52,425 nt of DNA from a virus (lineage: Duplodnaviria; Caudoviricetes): positions 1-52,425 of IMG/VR virus record IMGVR_UViG_3300033508_000175. One strand, written 5' to 3'. Positions 42,756 to 51,843 of this stretch are shown here, piece by piece (the stretch's first letter is position 1; every line of letters begins with the position of its first letter). The notes beneath the pieces were generated by a model. It had not been told where the DNA came from. It did no database searches and saw nothing but the letters and a program-made list of their open reading frames with translations. A program made the position numbers and the translations under genes.

Positions 42756-43822
42756 TACAGAGACTCGCTCCAGGAGATGGCTCCGCCGTAGAAAACCGTG
42801 CCAAAAGTTCGAGAAACACCGTTGTAGCGCAGGCTGCCGTCGCGCACAGAACCGCGAGAGTAGCGGCCGTCACGCGCTAAAACTTTGGTGAGATTCAGCT
42901 CAGCCAGGTCCAAGCCGTCGCTCACGGTTCCGCGCCGGTTCATGGTGCCATCCCGCTCGTACCCGCTGCCATAGGTCACAGTCTGCGCAAAGCTGTCTTG
43001 CCAATCGAGGTTTGCCGCCAGGCTGGCGGGGTCGATCTCGTCGCCATAGGTGGGCGCGCCAGCCAGCACGTGAAACCCATCGCGCAGGGTTAAGCCGTTT
43101 CTGGCAATGTTGCTGCCATAGGTATCAAGCTGCACAGCGCCACGGTAAAGCGACCCATCCCGAATGGGCCTGGCGCCACGGTACAAGTCTTGCAGCGGGG
43201 CGTGCTCCAGTTGGTGCAAAAGGCTTGCATCTACACCGGGTGATGCGGCGTCTGACAAACTGCCCGTAAACGCGAGCGTCCGCAGCTTGGTGCCAGCGTC
43301 ACGAAGCCGCTCAATGACAGCTTTGATTCGCGTTGACAGGTCGGTCAGGATTTCGCTGGACGTCAGGTCGTAGTGGGAATTGACATCAAATTGACCGTAG
43401 AAGTTTCGCGTGCGTGACTGGCGGTCTTTTTTCCCGTCAAAGAAGGTAGCGCCATCGCGGTACAGGCTGGTGGTGGTCGATGCGACGGGCGCATCGGTGA
43501 CCGTGACATTCAGCCCGTTGACATACAAGCTGATGGCGTTTTGCAGAGCAATGTTGTTGCCTTTGGGCTGGATCAATTCTGAAATGATGCGCGGCTTGTA
43601 GACGGCATCAGGCTCAGAAGCGAGCCGTGGAATGCCAAAATAACCACCCCACTCGTCCAGCCACTCCCCATCGGCTGTGGTCAACAGCATTTGATCCAGC
43701 GCCGACGTGATGCCAGACTGCGCCTGCGTCAGCTCCTGCGCAATGGGCGCCAAGAAGTCCAGCAATGCACCAGGCTCCTTGTTGAAGGAGCTGGGCAGGC
43801 TGTTGAGCAATTTGTTGATCAC
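42755..43822 (-). CDS. baseplate wedge protein (P2 gpI-like) with RDG repeats
   Basis: TADGEWLDEWGGYFGIPR..E.D..Y..RI; follows baseplate J. Confidence 0.75.
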   Translation of the reverse strand: MINKLLNSLPSSFNKEPGALLDFLAPIAQELTQAQSGITSALDQMLLTTADGEWLDEWGGYFGIPRLASEPDAVYKPRIISELIQPKGNNIALQNAISLYVNGLNVTVTDAPVASTTTSLYRDGATFFDGKKDRQSRTRNFYGQFDVNSHYDLTSSEILTDLSTRIKAVIERLRDAGTKLRTLAFTGSLSDAASPGVDASLLHQLEHAPLQDLYRGARPIRDGSLYRGAVQLDTYGSNIARNGLTLRDGFHVLAGAPTYGDEIDPASLAANLDWQDSFAQTVTYGSGYERDGTMNRRGTVSDGLDLAELNLTKVLARDGRYSRGSVRDGSLRYNGVSRTFGTVFYGGAISWSESL

Positions 43823-44910
43823 AGCGCCACCGTTCCAGGCATGGCCTTCTGGATGGCGCTGACAACGACATCAGCAGCAGGGCTTGAGAGGGACACGTTG
43901 TACACCCCGCTGATCGCCATGATGATGGAAATCAATTCAGATCGGACCACCTTCTGGCCGATGCCCAACGACTGGATGTAGCTCTTGATGGCATCACTGG
44001 CTGTGACCGAGACGCTGGCTGTGCCGCTGTCCAAGGTGATGGACCCGGTCACGTTCACCAAGTAGTCCTGTGCAGCATAGACATCAACCACCACACCGGC
44101 CGCTTTCCAGCCCGGAGTGGTTCCAGTGCCGTCCACGTCAGATTGCACCTTGGCCACCAAAGTTGCCGACGTGTTTCCTGAGCCATTGTGAACGTACAGG
44201 TTGACCAGGCCGATCGGCTGCGCCGCATCTGTGAGGTAGGGCTCAATGATGGCGATGTGGCGAGCCTGCTCCACGATAGAGCCAACTGAATCGACCACGG
44301 CAGATTGTGATGCGCCATAACGCAGAGCTGCGCCCGTGCCGCGTGACAGAGTGGAAATGTAAGCTGTGAATCGGCTTTTTCTGGAGGCATCGGTTTCGGC
44401 ATCTGCCCCATTCGCCAGCGGCAGCGGGTTGGTGACGCTGGTGATGCCGCTGATGGAGGCAACCATGGTGGTCAGCGTGTTGGCGGCGCAGTTGGTTGAT
44501 GAGCCCGCCTGCGTGCAGGCCACCTGCACATCCGCGTAGCTGCTGCCCGCCTCTATGGCAACGAAACTTGCTGTGGCATATTCAAACCCCGAGCTGTCTG
44601 ATTTGATGGTTGTTACCAAGGGAATCTCAACACGATTGCCAGAAACGTCACAGGAGAACCGCACCGTACCGCTGGCAGCAATGGCTGGCATGGCGGCAAA
44701 GTTGAATGAGTTGAACACCGACACCGGTATGGCTTCTTGCAGTCCGAGCAGAATTTGCAAGTACAACTCTTCAATCTCGACGGCAGAGGCCTCCATCAGC
44801 GTGCGCGCAACCGAGCCCACCGAGAAGTCGGTGATCTTGCTGCCGTTGGCGCGCGAAACATTGATCATGCTTGCAGCAATGCTGCGGAAATCTTTGATTT
44901 GGAAGGTCAC
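43819..44910 (-). CDS. baseplate J/gp47-like protein
   Basis: TDFSVGSVARTL.EA...VTNP...GADAETD...R.RF. Confidence 0.9.
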   Translation of the reverse strand: MTFQIKDFRSIAASMINVSRANGSKITDFSVGSVARTLMEASAVEIEELYLQILLGLQEAIPVSVFNSFNFAAMPAIAASGTVRFSCDVSGNRVEIPLVTTIKSDSSGFEYATASFVAIEAGSSYADVQVACTQAGSSTNCAANTLTTMVASISGITSVTNPLPLANGADAETDASRKSRFTAYISTLSRGTGAALRYGASQSAVVDSVGSIVEQARHIAIIEPYLTDAAQPIGLVNLYVHNGSGNTSATLVAKVQSDVDGTGTTPGWKAAGVVVDVYAAQDYLVNVTGSITLDSGTASVSVTASDAIKSYIQSLGIGQKVVRSELISIIMAISGVYNVSLSSPAADVVVSAIQKAMPGTVAL

Positions 44911-44919
44911 GGGCTACTC

Positions 44920-45531
44920 CTAAATTTCGACTTGCAGCCGCAAAGGCGTGCCGTCATTGATCATGGCGGTGACCTCCACCTTGATGGCGTCGCCGTCTTG
45001 TGTGGCAACGCCGTCCCGCACGGACACCACGCGCGGGTCGCCCAGCAGGCACTCTTCACAAAACCGCAGAGCAAGCAAGTTGGCATTGGCGTCGGCTTTA
45101 TGGCCGCGCAGCTTGTAAGCGTCGTTGCCGTACTTGGGGTGGAACTGCAGGCAGCCTTTGTCATTGCGCAGGCGCAGCTCCAGGGCCTGTTTCAAATTGG
45201 GCGAGCCGACGGCCAAGTCCAGGTCGCCATTGGTGACGGTTAGCAGGCCATCGGTCAGCCTGACATCAACACCAAACGACTGCGCTGGCGTTACGCCCCG
45301 CTTTTGCCCTTGCGCCACGGGGATTCTGATGACGCCGCCAAACACCAGGATGCGACCCGATGCCACACCCGGCAACAAGGGGTCGGCGGTGAGATACGGT
45401 GGCAGCAGGTTATTGAGCCAAGCCAGCTCAGGCCAACGGGAGGCGTCGCCAAGCTCGCGTGCTGCAATCCTTGCCAGGGTGTCGCCGTATTCGGTCTTGG
45501 CGGCTTTCCATCCGGTGGTCATGAGGGTCAT
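44920..45531 (-). CDS. LysM-like + gpW/gp25-like baseplate protein
   Basis: GDTLARIAARELGD...W; NLKQAL..RL...HPKYG...DPRV. Confidence 0.8.
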   Translation of the reverse strand: MTLMTTGWKAAKTEYGDTLARIAARELGDASRWPELAWLNNLLPPYLTADPLLPGVASGRILVFGGVIRIPVAQGQKRGVTPAQSFGVDVRLTDGLLTVTNGDLDLAVGSPNLKQALELRLRNDKGCLQFHPKYGNDAYKLRGHKADANANLLALRFCEECLLGDPRVVSVRDGVATQDGDAIKVEVTAMINDGTPLRLQVEI

Positions 45532-46700
45532 GCGGAAGCCTTGGTGTTAACAGAGATTCCGGCGGAAATTTTTCGCAGGCCAATTTCTATGGCAGCTGTG
45601 TCTGGCAGTAGCGTCAGGTCTGCTGGCCTTTTGATGCTTGCAATGGCGGCAGTGGCTGACTCATTTTTCAGCACAACCGGCGTAATCTCTTTGTTGTCAA
45701 AAGGGTTGTCAGTCGACAGGTTGACCGGTGACCCGCCTAGCGAACTGGAGCAGTTGGATGCGCCATACCAACTGCCGTAGTCCTGAGAGGACGCCGCCGC
45801 CTGGTAGCCGTTGGTCAGCACGCATTGCAGGTTGGACATGGCCCCTTTGACGCGCATGACCTCCGACTTGACGCTGTTGGGCAGACTGGCGACCGCAGCC
45901 ACTGCCGCCCATGCCTGAGCACCCACTACGCTTAAATCTGATGCCAGATCGACGGCCACCTGGCCCGCTGCACTGATGACGGCCTTGGCGTCGTTGGCTG
46001 TTTGGATGACTTCTTGTGCCACTTTTACGACGGGGCCGAAGGTTTTATCGGTCCAGTCGTGAACTTTTGAGCCAAACTCGCCAATATCGGCCAAAGCGCC
46101 TCGTAATGACCGCTGGATGCTGTTGATGTCTTCAACTGATTTGTTGAGCGACTTGATGGCCTCTTCCGGGTCGTTGACCGGTATGACTGGCTCCATCAGG
46201 TAGGGGTACGGGTTGACGGCCTTGTCGTTGACCACTGTCAGGCTGATGTTGTACGTTAAAAGCAATGGCTGAGACTTGCTGCGGCGCAGCACAAAGTTAA
46301 CAGGAGCAACATCGGCGACGTAGCTTCCGTTAAGTGGATCAATAAATAGCAGCCGGATGTCTGCCGGGTCTAGCCCGGCCTCGATCATCATCTCTCGAAA
46401 TTTGTGCCAGTGATGAATGAAATCGTCACGCAACTTGGTGAACTGCGCAATGCCGTCGCCCTGCCCTGTTCTGTCGCGCCAGCCGGTGTTGCCGGTGATG
46501 GTGATGGTGGATAGACCGCGGCCAAATGAATCGACCCAGGCGCCACCCAAGGCGTTGACCGCCGACACGCGCGATGGCTCAGTGCGCGTCAGCTCCTCCG
46601 GCTTGATGGGTAGCGTGAAAAAATTGAATGCGTCGCCTGCCGCCAGGACAAACGACACATTCAGGTATTTCTGGTTGGTGATGGGGTAGGTTCTCGCCAT
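45528..46700 (-). CDS. tail/baseplate structural protein
   Basis: PEELTRTEPSR...GGAWVDSFG.G...ITITGNTG...RSKSQPLL. Confidence 0.65.
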   Translation of the reverse strand: MARTYPITNQKYLNVSFVLAAGDAFNFFTLPIKPEELTRTEPSRVSAVNALGGAWVDSFGRGLSTITITGNTGWRDRTGQGDGIAQFTKLRDDFIHHWHKFREMMIEAGLDPADIRLLFIDPLNGSYVADVAPVNFVLRRSKSQPLLLTYNISLTVVNDKAVNPYPYLMEPVIPVNDPEEAIKSLNKSVEDINSIQRSLRGALADIGEFGSKVHDWTDKTFGPVVKVAQEVIQTANDAKAVISAAGQVAVDLASDLSVVGAQAWAAVAAVASLPNSVKSEVMRVKGAMSNLQCVLTNGYQAAASSQDYGSWYGASNCSSSLGGSPVNLSTDNPFDNKEITPVVLKNESATAAIASIKRPADLTLLPDTAAIEIGLRKISAGISVNTKASA

Positions 46701-46706
46701 GGCGCC

Positions 46707-46722
46707 AGTGTTGCGTCACGAC
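46707..46722 (-). promoter_or_regulatory. late promoter motif (baseplate operon; probably leaderless)
   Basis: GTCGTGAC-gc-AACACT, 6 nt before the ATG. Confidence 0.7.
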
Positions 46723-48557
46723 ACCAAAGCCTTCTGTTTGGCGGCTGCTTCGGCTTGGTATTTAGCCATCTTTTCTTTGACGCCCGCCATGAAGGCGTCG
46801 TACTTGGCCGGGTCAACACCGGAGAATGGTAGCCAACGGCCGCGGCAATGCGGGTGCTGGGCGCCAGCCGCGATCCACCACAGCTCGTCTGGCTCGCGGT
46901 CGTACAGCTTGCCGTCGACCCGCTTCTTGGGCGCCGACGACCGGCCGATGTTGGTCTTGCCCGCCCAAATCTCGTTCATGCCGTCTTTGTTCGGCTTGGC
47001 CGGATCCACCACCGTGACCACCCGGCCGTCGATCTTGTGGCACCAGGCGCAGACGCCTTTGTACTGCTCGATGCGTTTGAGCTTGGCGCCTTTTTCTCTG
47101 GCAGCCACCACCCCCTGCGCGGCATTTTCTGACACCTCGGTGACCGCGATGCGCCGCCAGTCGCGGTTGGCCGCGGCGAACTTGTCGAACAGGCGCTGCT
47201 CCAGGCTTTGCGGCTTTCCGCCCAGGATCAAGTTCTGCTGATGGTCCAGGATCACCGAGCGCACACCGGATCGCAGCTGGTCGCCCATGTCCACAATGGC
47301 CTGCGCACACCGCTCGCGCGCAAAAGCGATCATGGCCTGCGTGACCTTGGAGACTGGCAGGCCCAGCTCCACAATGGCCGGGATGCTGGTGGGCATGGCC
47401 GCCGCCACACCAGCGGCCAGCAGCGCACTCGGTGGGTTGGCGGCCAGGCCAGCCTCGATCTGCCCGAGCAGGGTGGACTTGACCGACAGCCAGTCGGCCA
47501 TGCTGGACGCCCACTGCGGGCTCCAGTATTGCTGCAGCAGCCACTCGACCAGCATCGAATAATCCTCGGGCAGCCACAGCGCGCGGGGTTTGGAGTGGAA
47601 ATAGGCGCTCCAGGCAGACAGCTCGGTCGGAGTCCAGTGCACCGGCACGTCGGGCATCAGCAGGGCCGGTAGCGCATTCTTTTTGTGGGGTTGACCGTGG
47701 GCCGCGAGCCAGCCGGAAAGAGCCTCCTTGAAGGACTGGAGGTGGGCTTGGCCGGTGTGGGTGAAGGCTTCGACCAAGTCGCTCAAGTAGGGCGAATCGA
47801 ACGGTGCCCAGATGTCGTGTTCGTGGCTTGGCTTGATGGCCTTGCCTAAATAGGTTCCTTGATTTTCGACAACATCATCATCCATGTGAGTCTTGCATAA
47901 ACGCCAAGAATCCGCGATACTTTCGTTGTGCATGCCGTTACCAACCAGAAATGGCGGTAGCCACCGAAGGGAGTCCCCCGACTCAGTAGAGTTATGAAGT
48001 TCGGCGAACACGGTTGATGGCCCACTCTTTTGCAGTGGGCCTTCGTTTTTAGGGTCTTGATGCGCGCTAAGGTATTTCACCTCATTGATGGATTTGAAAT
48101 GGGCGCTGTGAAACTCATACACTTTTGCAACTGGTCGCCACGTCAGAACAATGGTGTACTGATCGCCATCCACGGGCGCTTCAAACATCAAATCAGCATG
48201 AAGGTTGCGTGATCTGTGCTTGGGGTACTCAATAACATTGAGTATTCGCTCCATTGCTTTTGCGCGCCTCGAATCGAATGAACGGACTCCTGTTTTTTGC
48301 TTCCCGCCCATATCAGATGAGTAAGCATGATCGTTCTTCGGGTCGAATCGGACCTTGATCGGTATTGGCTTCTTTTCTCGGTCTGAAAAATGAACATTCA
48401 GGCTAATCGTTTTCCCGCCATAGTTATCCGCCCAGTATTGATGCGCCACCTCCTGTGAGTCGATGTCTTTGCTTGAAGCGACATGCGTGCCGTCGGGTGG
48501 CGATTTCCAGCCAGAACCCGGGCCACCTTTGATAAACAGAATTTTGTGCTTTTCCAT
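46716..48557 (-). CDS. MuF/gp7-like head morphogenesis protein with N-terminal BECR-like RNase domain
   Basis: NRDWRRIAVTE, CAWC, HPHCRG (MuF); lower-GC N-terminal domain DHAY...RRAKAMERI..VIEYP...FHSAH; frame open up to 48629. Confidence 0.8.
   Translation of the reverse strand: MEKHKILFIKGGPGSGWKSPPDGTHVASSKDIDSQEVAHQYWADNYGGKTISLNVHFSDREKKPIPIKVRFDPKNDHAYSSDMGGKQKTGVRSFDSRRAKAMERILNVIEYPKHRSRNLHADLMFEAPVDGDQYTIVLTWRPVAKVYEFHSAHFKSINEVKYLSAHQDPKNEGPLQKSGPSTVFAELHNSTESGDSLRWLPPFLVGNGMHNESIADSWRLCKTHMDDDVVENQGTYLGKAIKPSHEHDIWAPFDSPYLSDLVEAFTHTGQAHLQSFKEALSGWLAAHGQPHKKNALPALLMPDVPVHWTPTELSAWSAYFHSKPRALWLPEDYSMLVEWLLQQYWSPQWASSMADWLSVKSTLLGQIEAGLAANPPSALLAAGVAAAMPTSIPAIVELGLPVSKVTQAMIAFARERCAQAIVDMGDQLRSGVRSVILDHQQNLILGGKPQSLEQRLFDKFAAANRDWRRIAVTEVSENAAQGVVAAREKGAKLKRIEQYKGVCAWCHKIDGRVVTVVDPAKPNKDGMNEIWAGKTNIGRSSAPKKRVDGKLYDREPDELWWIAAGAQHPHCRGRWLPFSGVDPAKYDAFMAGVKEKMAKYQAEAAAKQKALVS
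47893..47921 (+). promoter_or_regulatory. antisense sigma70 promoter inside the MuF-like gene
   Basis: TTGCAT (47893-47898), 17-nt spacer, GATACT (47916-47921). Confidence 0.65.
47928..48050 (+). ncRNA. putative structured small RNA antisense to the MuF linker
   Basis: Hairpins 47933-47956 and 47971-47984; stem CCGAA/TTCGG; ends in an intrinsic terminator. Confidence 0.6.
48019..48050 (+). terminator. intrinsic terminator of the antisense RNA
   Basis: GGCCCACT-7nt-AGTGGGCC then TTCGTTTTT. Confidence 0.75.
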
Positions 48558-48649
48558 AACTGCCTTTACGCGCCCTAGACAAGGAGTCGCGGCACGCCAG
48601 TCAGGCAGAACCGGCTTTCGGCAGATCAAGACCTAGCCGCGACACCAGG

Positions 48650-48665
48650 ATGGTGGTGTCACGAC
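48650..48665 (-). promoter_or_regulatory. late promoter motif (MuF-like gene)
   Basis: GTCGTGAC-ac-CACCAT. Confidence 0.7.
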
Positions 48666-49438
48666 ACGCTGGCAATCGCGCTGGTCACCTCGGTCTGGAG
48701 CATTTGCTTGGCCTGCTCGGAAATCGCTCTAACGATGAACGTGCCAGGCTTGGCCGGGATGACCCAGCCGGTGGACCATTCGCCGAGAATTCTGAACGTA
48801 AGGTACGAACTAGACTGCTGCCCGCCGCTTGATGTGTTGAACCTCACCATGCCCTTGAACCGCTTCGGGATGTCCGCACCGTCCAGCCGATCGCCCCAGG
48901 CATAGGTGTTGCGCATGGTCATCAGCGGCCCCTTGGTGCGCAGGCTGGAAGCCCCCAGGCCCGAGCGCATCGACACCTTGCCAGTCACTGTGGACTTGGT
49001 CATCTGCTTGGCCTGCTCGTACACCGCCTGCGGCATGGCCCCGGCCAGCGCCGTGTTGCCGGGCGTGTTGTGCCGCATTGGAATTATGAGATACCGCTGG
49101 CCAGCGTGCTTGCCCCCCTTGGCAACCCGCACCTTTGCCGAGGTGTCCAGTGCCTTCTTCTGGTCGCGCGCCGGGAAGCCATTCTCAACCAGCGAGGACA
49201 CCGGGTCGTCTGAATAGATCCTGGCCCCCATGCGGTCCGGGTCAAATTCGACCTTGATGCTGGCCGCGTACCGGTCCTTATAGAACGACGGGACGCCGGG
49301 CGAGCGCAGCACGGTCTCGTACCAGGCCGCGTAAGTGGTCACCGCCGTGGTTTGCACCGCCTGGGCGATGGCCGCCTCAAGCTGGGCGTGCAGCCCTTTG
49401 ATCAGGGACGAGGCGTTGAACGATACCGAGTAGCTCAT
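48659..49438 (-). CDS. neck/tail-completion protein
   Basis: Y..SI...ENG..ARDQK...YLIIPMRH...YLTFR; position among neck genes. Confidence 0.6.
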   Translation of the reverse strand: MSYSVSFNASSLIKGLHAQLEAAIAQAVQTTAVTTYAAWYETVLRSPGVPSFYKDRYAASIKVEFDPDRMGARIYSDDPVSSLVENGFPARDQKKALDTSAKVRVAKGGKHAGQRYLIIPMRHNTPGNTALAGAMPQAVYEQAKQMTKSTVTGKVSMRSGLGASSLRTKGPLMTMRNTYAWGDRLDGADIPKRFKGMVRFNTSSGGQQSSSYLTFRILGEWSTGWVIPAKPGTFIVRAISEQAKQMLQTEVTSAIASVS

Positions 49439-50154
49439 CGGCCAAATACAGGATTTAACTGCCCGACATCAAACTCCCAGAAAAACCCTTTGTGGGTGCG
49501 CTGTTTGTTGTTGCAGCACTTGCTAATGGGGCCATTGTCAAAGCCAGACTCTCTCGCCATCCTCATTGATTCAAACCGAAATGGATGACCCCCACCAAAC
49601 TCAGGGAATGCAACAACTGGACGACTGGCTGGGTTCAAACTTCCTCGGACTCCGTACTGACTGTTTTTATCGCCCATTCTGGCAAGGGCCATTCTTGCGC
49701 AGGTGCTTTCAGGTAGAGGTTTTCCGGTCCGATTAGCAGACAACTTTGCACGAGTCGCCTTCGAGTGAGAGTTCCCATATCTCGGGTTTTTCTCGCCACG
49801 GCGAGATATGCTCATCTTTTGTCTTGTGGCCAACGACAGCTTAATACCGCGTGTTGTTGAAGGATTCGCACAAATGTTCATGCAATAAGGGCTCTCAATC
49901 ATTTCTGATAGCCACCACGCCTCTAGGTCATCAAGCTCAGATATTGCGCAAGTTTCTATCACCTCGAAGGTGAAACATTCTGGACCGTATTTATTCCAAT
50001 GCCTCTGAAGAATTTCATTGTCGTGGGTGCCACGAACAAGAGTTGACCGATGGCAGTTCATTCTTCTTTGAACATGGCAAGATTGACCAACGTAATACTT
50101 CCTCCTGATTGGCGTGTTTACGGTGATCAAATAGATGCCGATTATTTTTCCCAT
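49435..50154 (-). CDS. GIY-YIG homing endonuclease with NUMOD3/NUMOD1-like repeats
   Basis: GIYLI...YYVGQS...R...H.N..LQ; S.ATR.KMS repeats; low GC. Confidence 0.9.
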   Translation of the reverse strand: MGKIIGIYLITVNTPIRRKYYVGQSCHVQRRMNCHRSTLVRGTHDNEILQRHWNKYGPECFTFEVIETCAISELDDLEAWWLSEMIESPYCMNICANPSTTRGIKLSLATRQKMSISRRGEKNPRYGNSHSKATRAKLSANRTGKPLPESTCARMALARMGDKNSQYGVRGSLNPASRPVVAFPEFGGGHPFRFESMRMARESGFDNGPISKCCNNKQRTHKGFFWEFDVGQLNPVFGR

Positions 50155-50164
50155 AAAAACGGCT

Positions 50165-50794
50165 TCAACGATTGAATAAGTCAAACCTGCGAAGCTGCGC
50201 CCGCTTCGGCAAGGCCGCGCCAAAGTGGTGACCCCGGTCGGTCGGGAACTCTTGAAACACGAAGTACTCGCTGTACTTGGTGCCGGTGACCGAGTAAGCC
50301 ACACCAGCCGGTGGCGCGCCATCGGCGAACACCAGCGCGCCGGTGGCGTCTTGCACAGGAATGCCGCCTTCCACAATGTCGGCCCCCACGATCCAGAACA
50401 CCCGGTCGATCTTTTTGGCCGTCCAGGGCAGCTTGTCGTTGTGGCCTTTGCGCAGGTTGATGGAGAACGGGTCGTCCCCGTTCAACTGCATCACCCGGTC
50501 GCGCTCGCCCATGCCGTACAGGGGTGAGTCGCTGCCCACCGTCAGCATCATGTCGCCACTTTCCCATTGGCCCAGCTTGGCAAACTCGCGCTGCACTTTC
50601 TGGCTTGGCACGCCAGCGACACCGGTCACAGCGGCCGTCCACATGAACCCTTTGCCGTGGCAGTGCGGGCACGACGGCTGGGGCGCGTTGGTGGATGGGC
50701 TCACGCAGGGGCAGACAAAGGCCTTGCGCCAGGCGAAGGTCTGGCCGATGTGGTTCAGGAGCCCGTTGAAGGCAAGTGGGTCGAGCTGCATCAC
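50165..50794 (-). CDS. neck protein with CPC...CxxC motif
   Basis: W.KA..CPC......P...CPHCHGKG, as in Twort/SPO1-like neck proteins. Confidence 0.65.
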   Translation of the reverse strand: MMQLDPLAFNGLLNHIGQTFAWRKAFVCPCVSPSTNAPQPSCPHCHGKGFMWTAAVTGVAGVPSQKVQREFAKLGQWESGDMMLTVGSDSPLYGMGERDRVMQLNGDDPFSINLRKGHNDKLPWTAKKIDRVFWIVGADIVEGGIPVQDATGALVFADGAPPAGVAYSVTGTKYSEYFVFQEFPTDRGHHFGAALPKRAQLRRFDLFNR

Positions 50795-51834
50795 ATCACC
50801 ATCAAAGGGATGCCATGGATGCGCTGCCGCAGCGTCTCCAGCTGCTTGTCGATGCCGTCCTGCATTTTTTCCAGATCCGGCGCGCTTTTGCTTTGGCTCA
50901 GGCCATCGGCGCTGATGGACTCGGAAGCCGACACCACCGCGTCCGATATCAGCCGGTACAGCACCATGCGCTGGATCAGATCCAGCAGATCGGGGTAGTC
51001 GTTGACCGCATCACGCAGCCCAGCGGTGTAGCGCACCTCAATGAACTGCGGCGTGCCCTGCAGCCCCATGCCGCCAATCAGCATGCCGCCCAGCGCACCC
51101 AGGAAGGCATTGGTCGGCAGGAACCGGATGTGGCCGTACTTTTTGTCGATCTTGATCCACTCAGGAGGCACCGTGAGGACCGTGCCGCCAAACGGGTAGA
51201 TGAACTTGATGGACTCCAGCGCGATCACCGGGCGTTGGCGCAGTGGAATGAACGTCCAGCCGCCAGGCTGGATCATGTCCTCGGTGTAGTCATAGCCCGG
51301 GTCCACCGCCCAAGGGGCGCCCGCCAGGGCGTCAATCTCGGCCTGGGTGGGGTCGTTGGGGAAAAGCACGGTGGGCGTCAGGTAGACGTGCAGCTCGCGC
51401 TGGGCGTCGGCTTCGGCGGCCTTGAGCTTTGCCCACAGGTAGTCATCGGACACGCTGCCAGACAGGAAGCGGCTGGCCGACGGCAGGCGCTCGGTGCGAA
51501 AGCGCGCCAGGAACTCGTCGCGGTAAAACATGGCGCTTTTGACCAGCGGCGTCTTGGCGGTGACGTACAGCAAGAAGGTGCGCGAATCTTTCCGGCCAGC
51601 CGATGTTTCTACGCTGTTGATGATCCGGTACAGGCCAGGCGTTGCGCATTCAACCCAGACGGTTACCGTATTGCCAGAAATAGACGCGCCAGAAAATGAG
51701 ACAGAGGGAACTGGCGTCCAAATACTAGACGTGATGACGTCACCTTCCGAAAGCAAGTTCTGGTAGGTTTGCGAGTAATCTAGCTTGGCTGAAACATCCT
51801 GTTCAGTCCATTGAATATCAGTCGTGGTGGTCAT
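50791..51834 (-). CDS. head-tail adaptor-like protein with N-terminal beta domain
   Basis: AAEADAQRELHVYL...DY...LRQRPV...RYTAG...SISADGLSQS. Confidence 0.65.
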   Translation of the reverse strand: MTTTTDIQWTEQDVSAKLDYSQTYQNLLSEGDVITSSIWTPVPSVSFSGASISGNTVTVWVECATPGLYRIINSVETSAGRKDSRTFLLYVTAKTPLVKSAMFYRDEFLARFRTERLPSASRFLSGSVSDDYLWAKLKAAEADAQRELHVYLTPTVLFPNDPTQAEIDALAGAPWAVDPGYDYTEDMIQPGGWTFIPLRQRPVIALESIKFIYPFGGTVLTVPPEWIKIDKKYGHIRFLPTNAFLGALGGMLIGGMGLQGTPQFIEVRYTAGLRDAVNDYPDLLDLIQRMVLYRLISDAVVSASESISADGLSQSKSAPDLEKMQDGIDKQLETLRQRIHGIPLMVM

Positions 51835-51843
51835 GATTGCCTG

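Noticed and set aside
41310-43822. Second DGR target among the tail genes
   Set aside because: No TR-like sequence seen by eye; a BLASTN of the TR against the full genome would settle this
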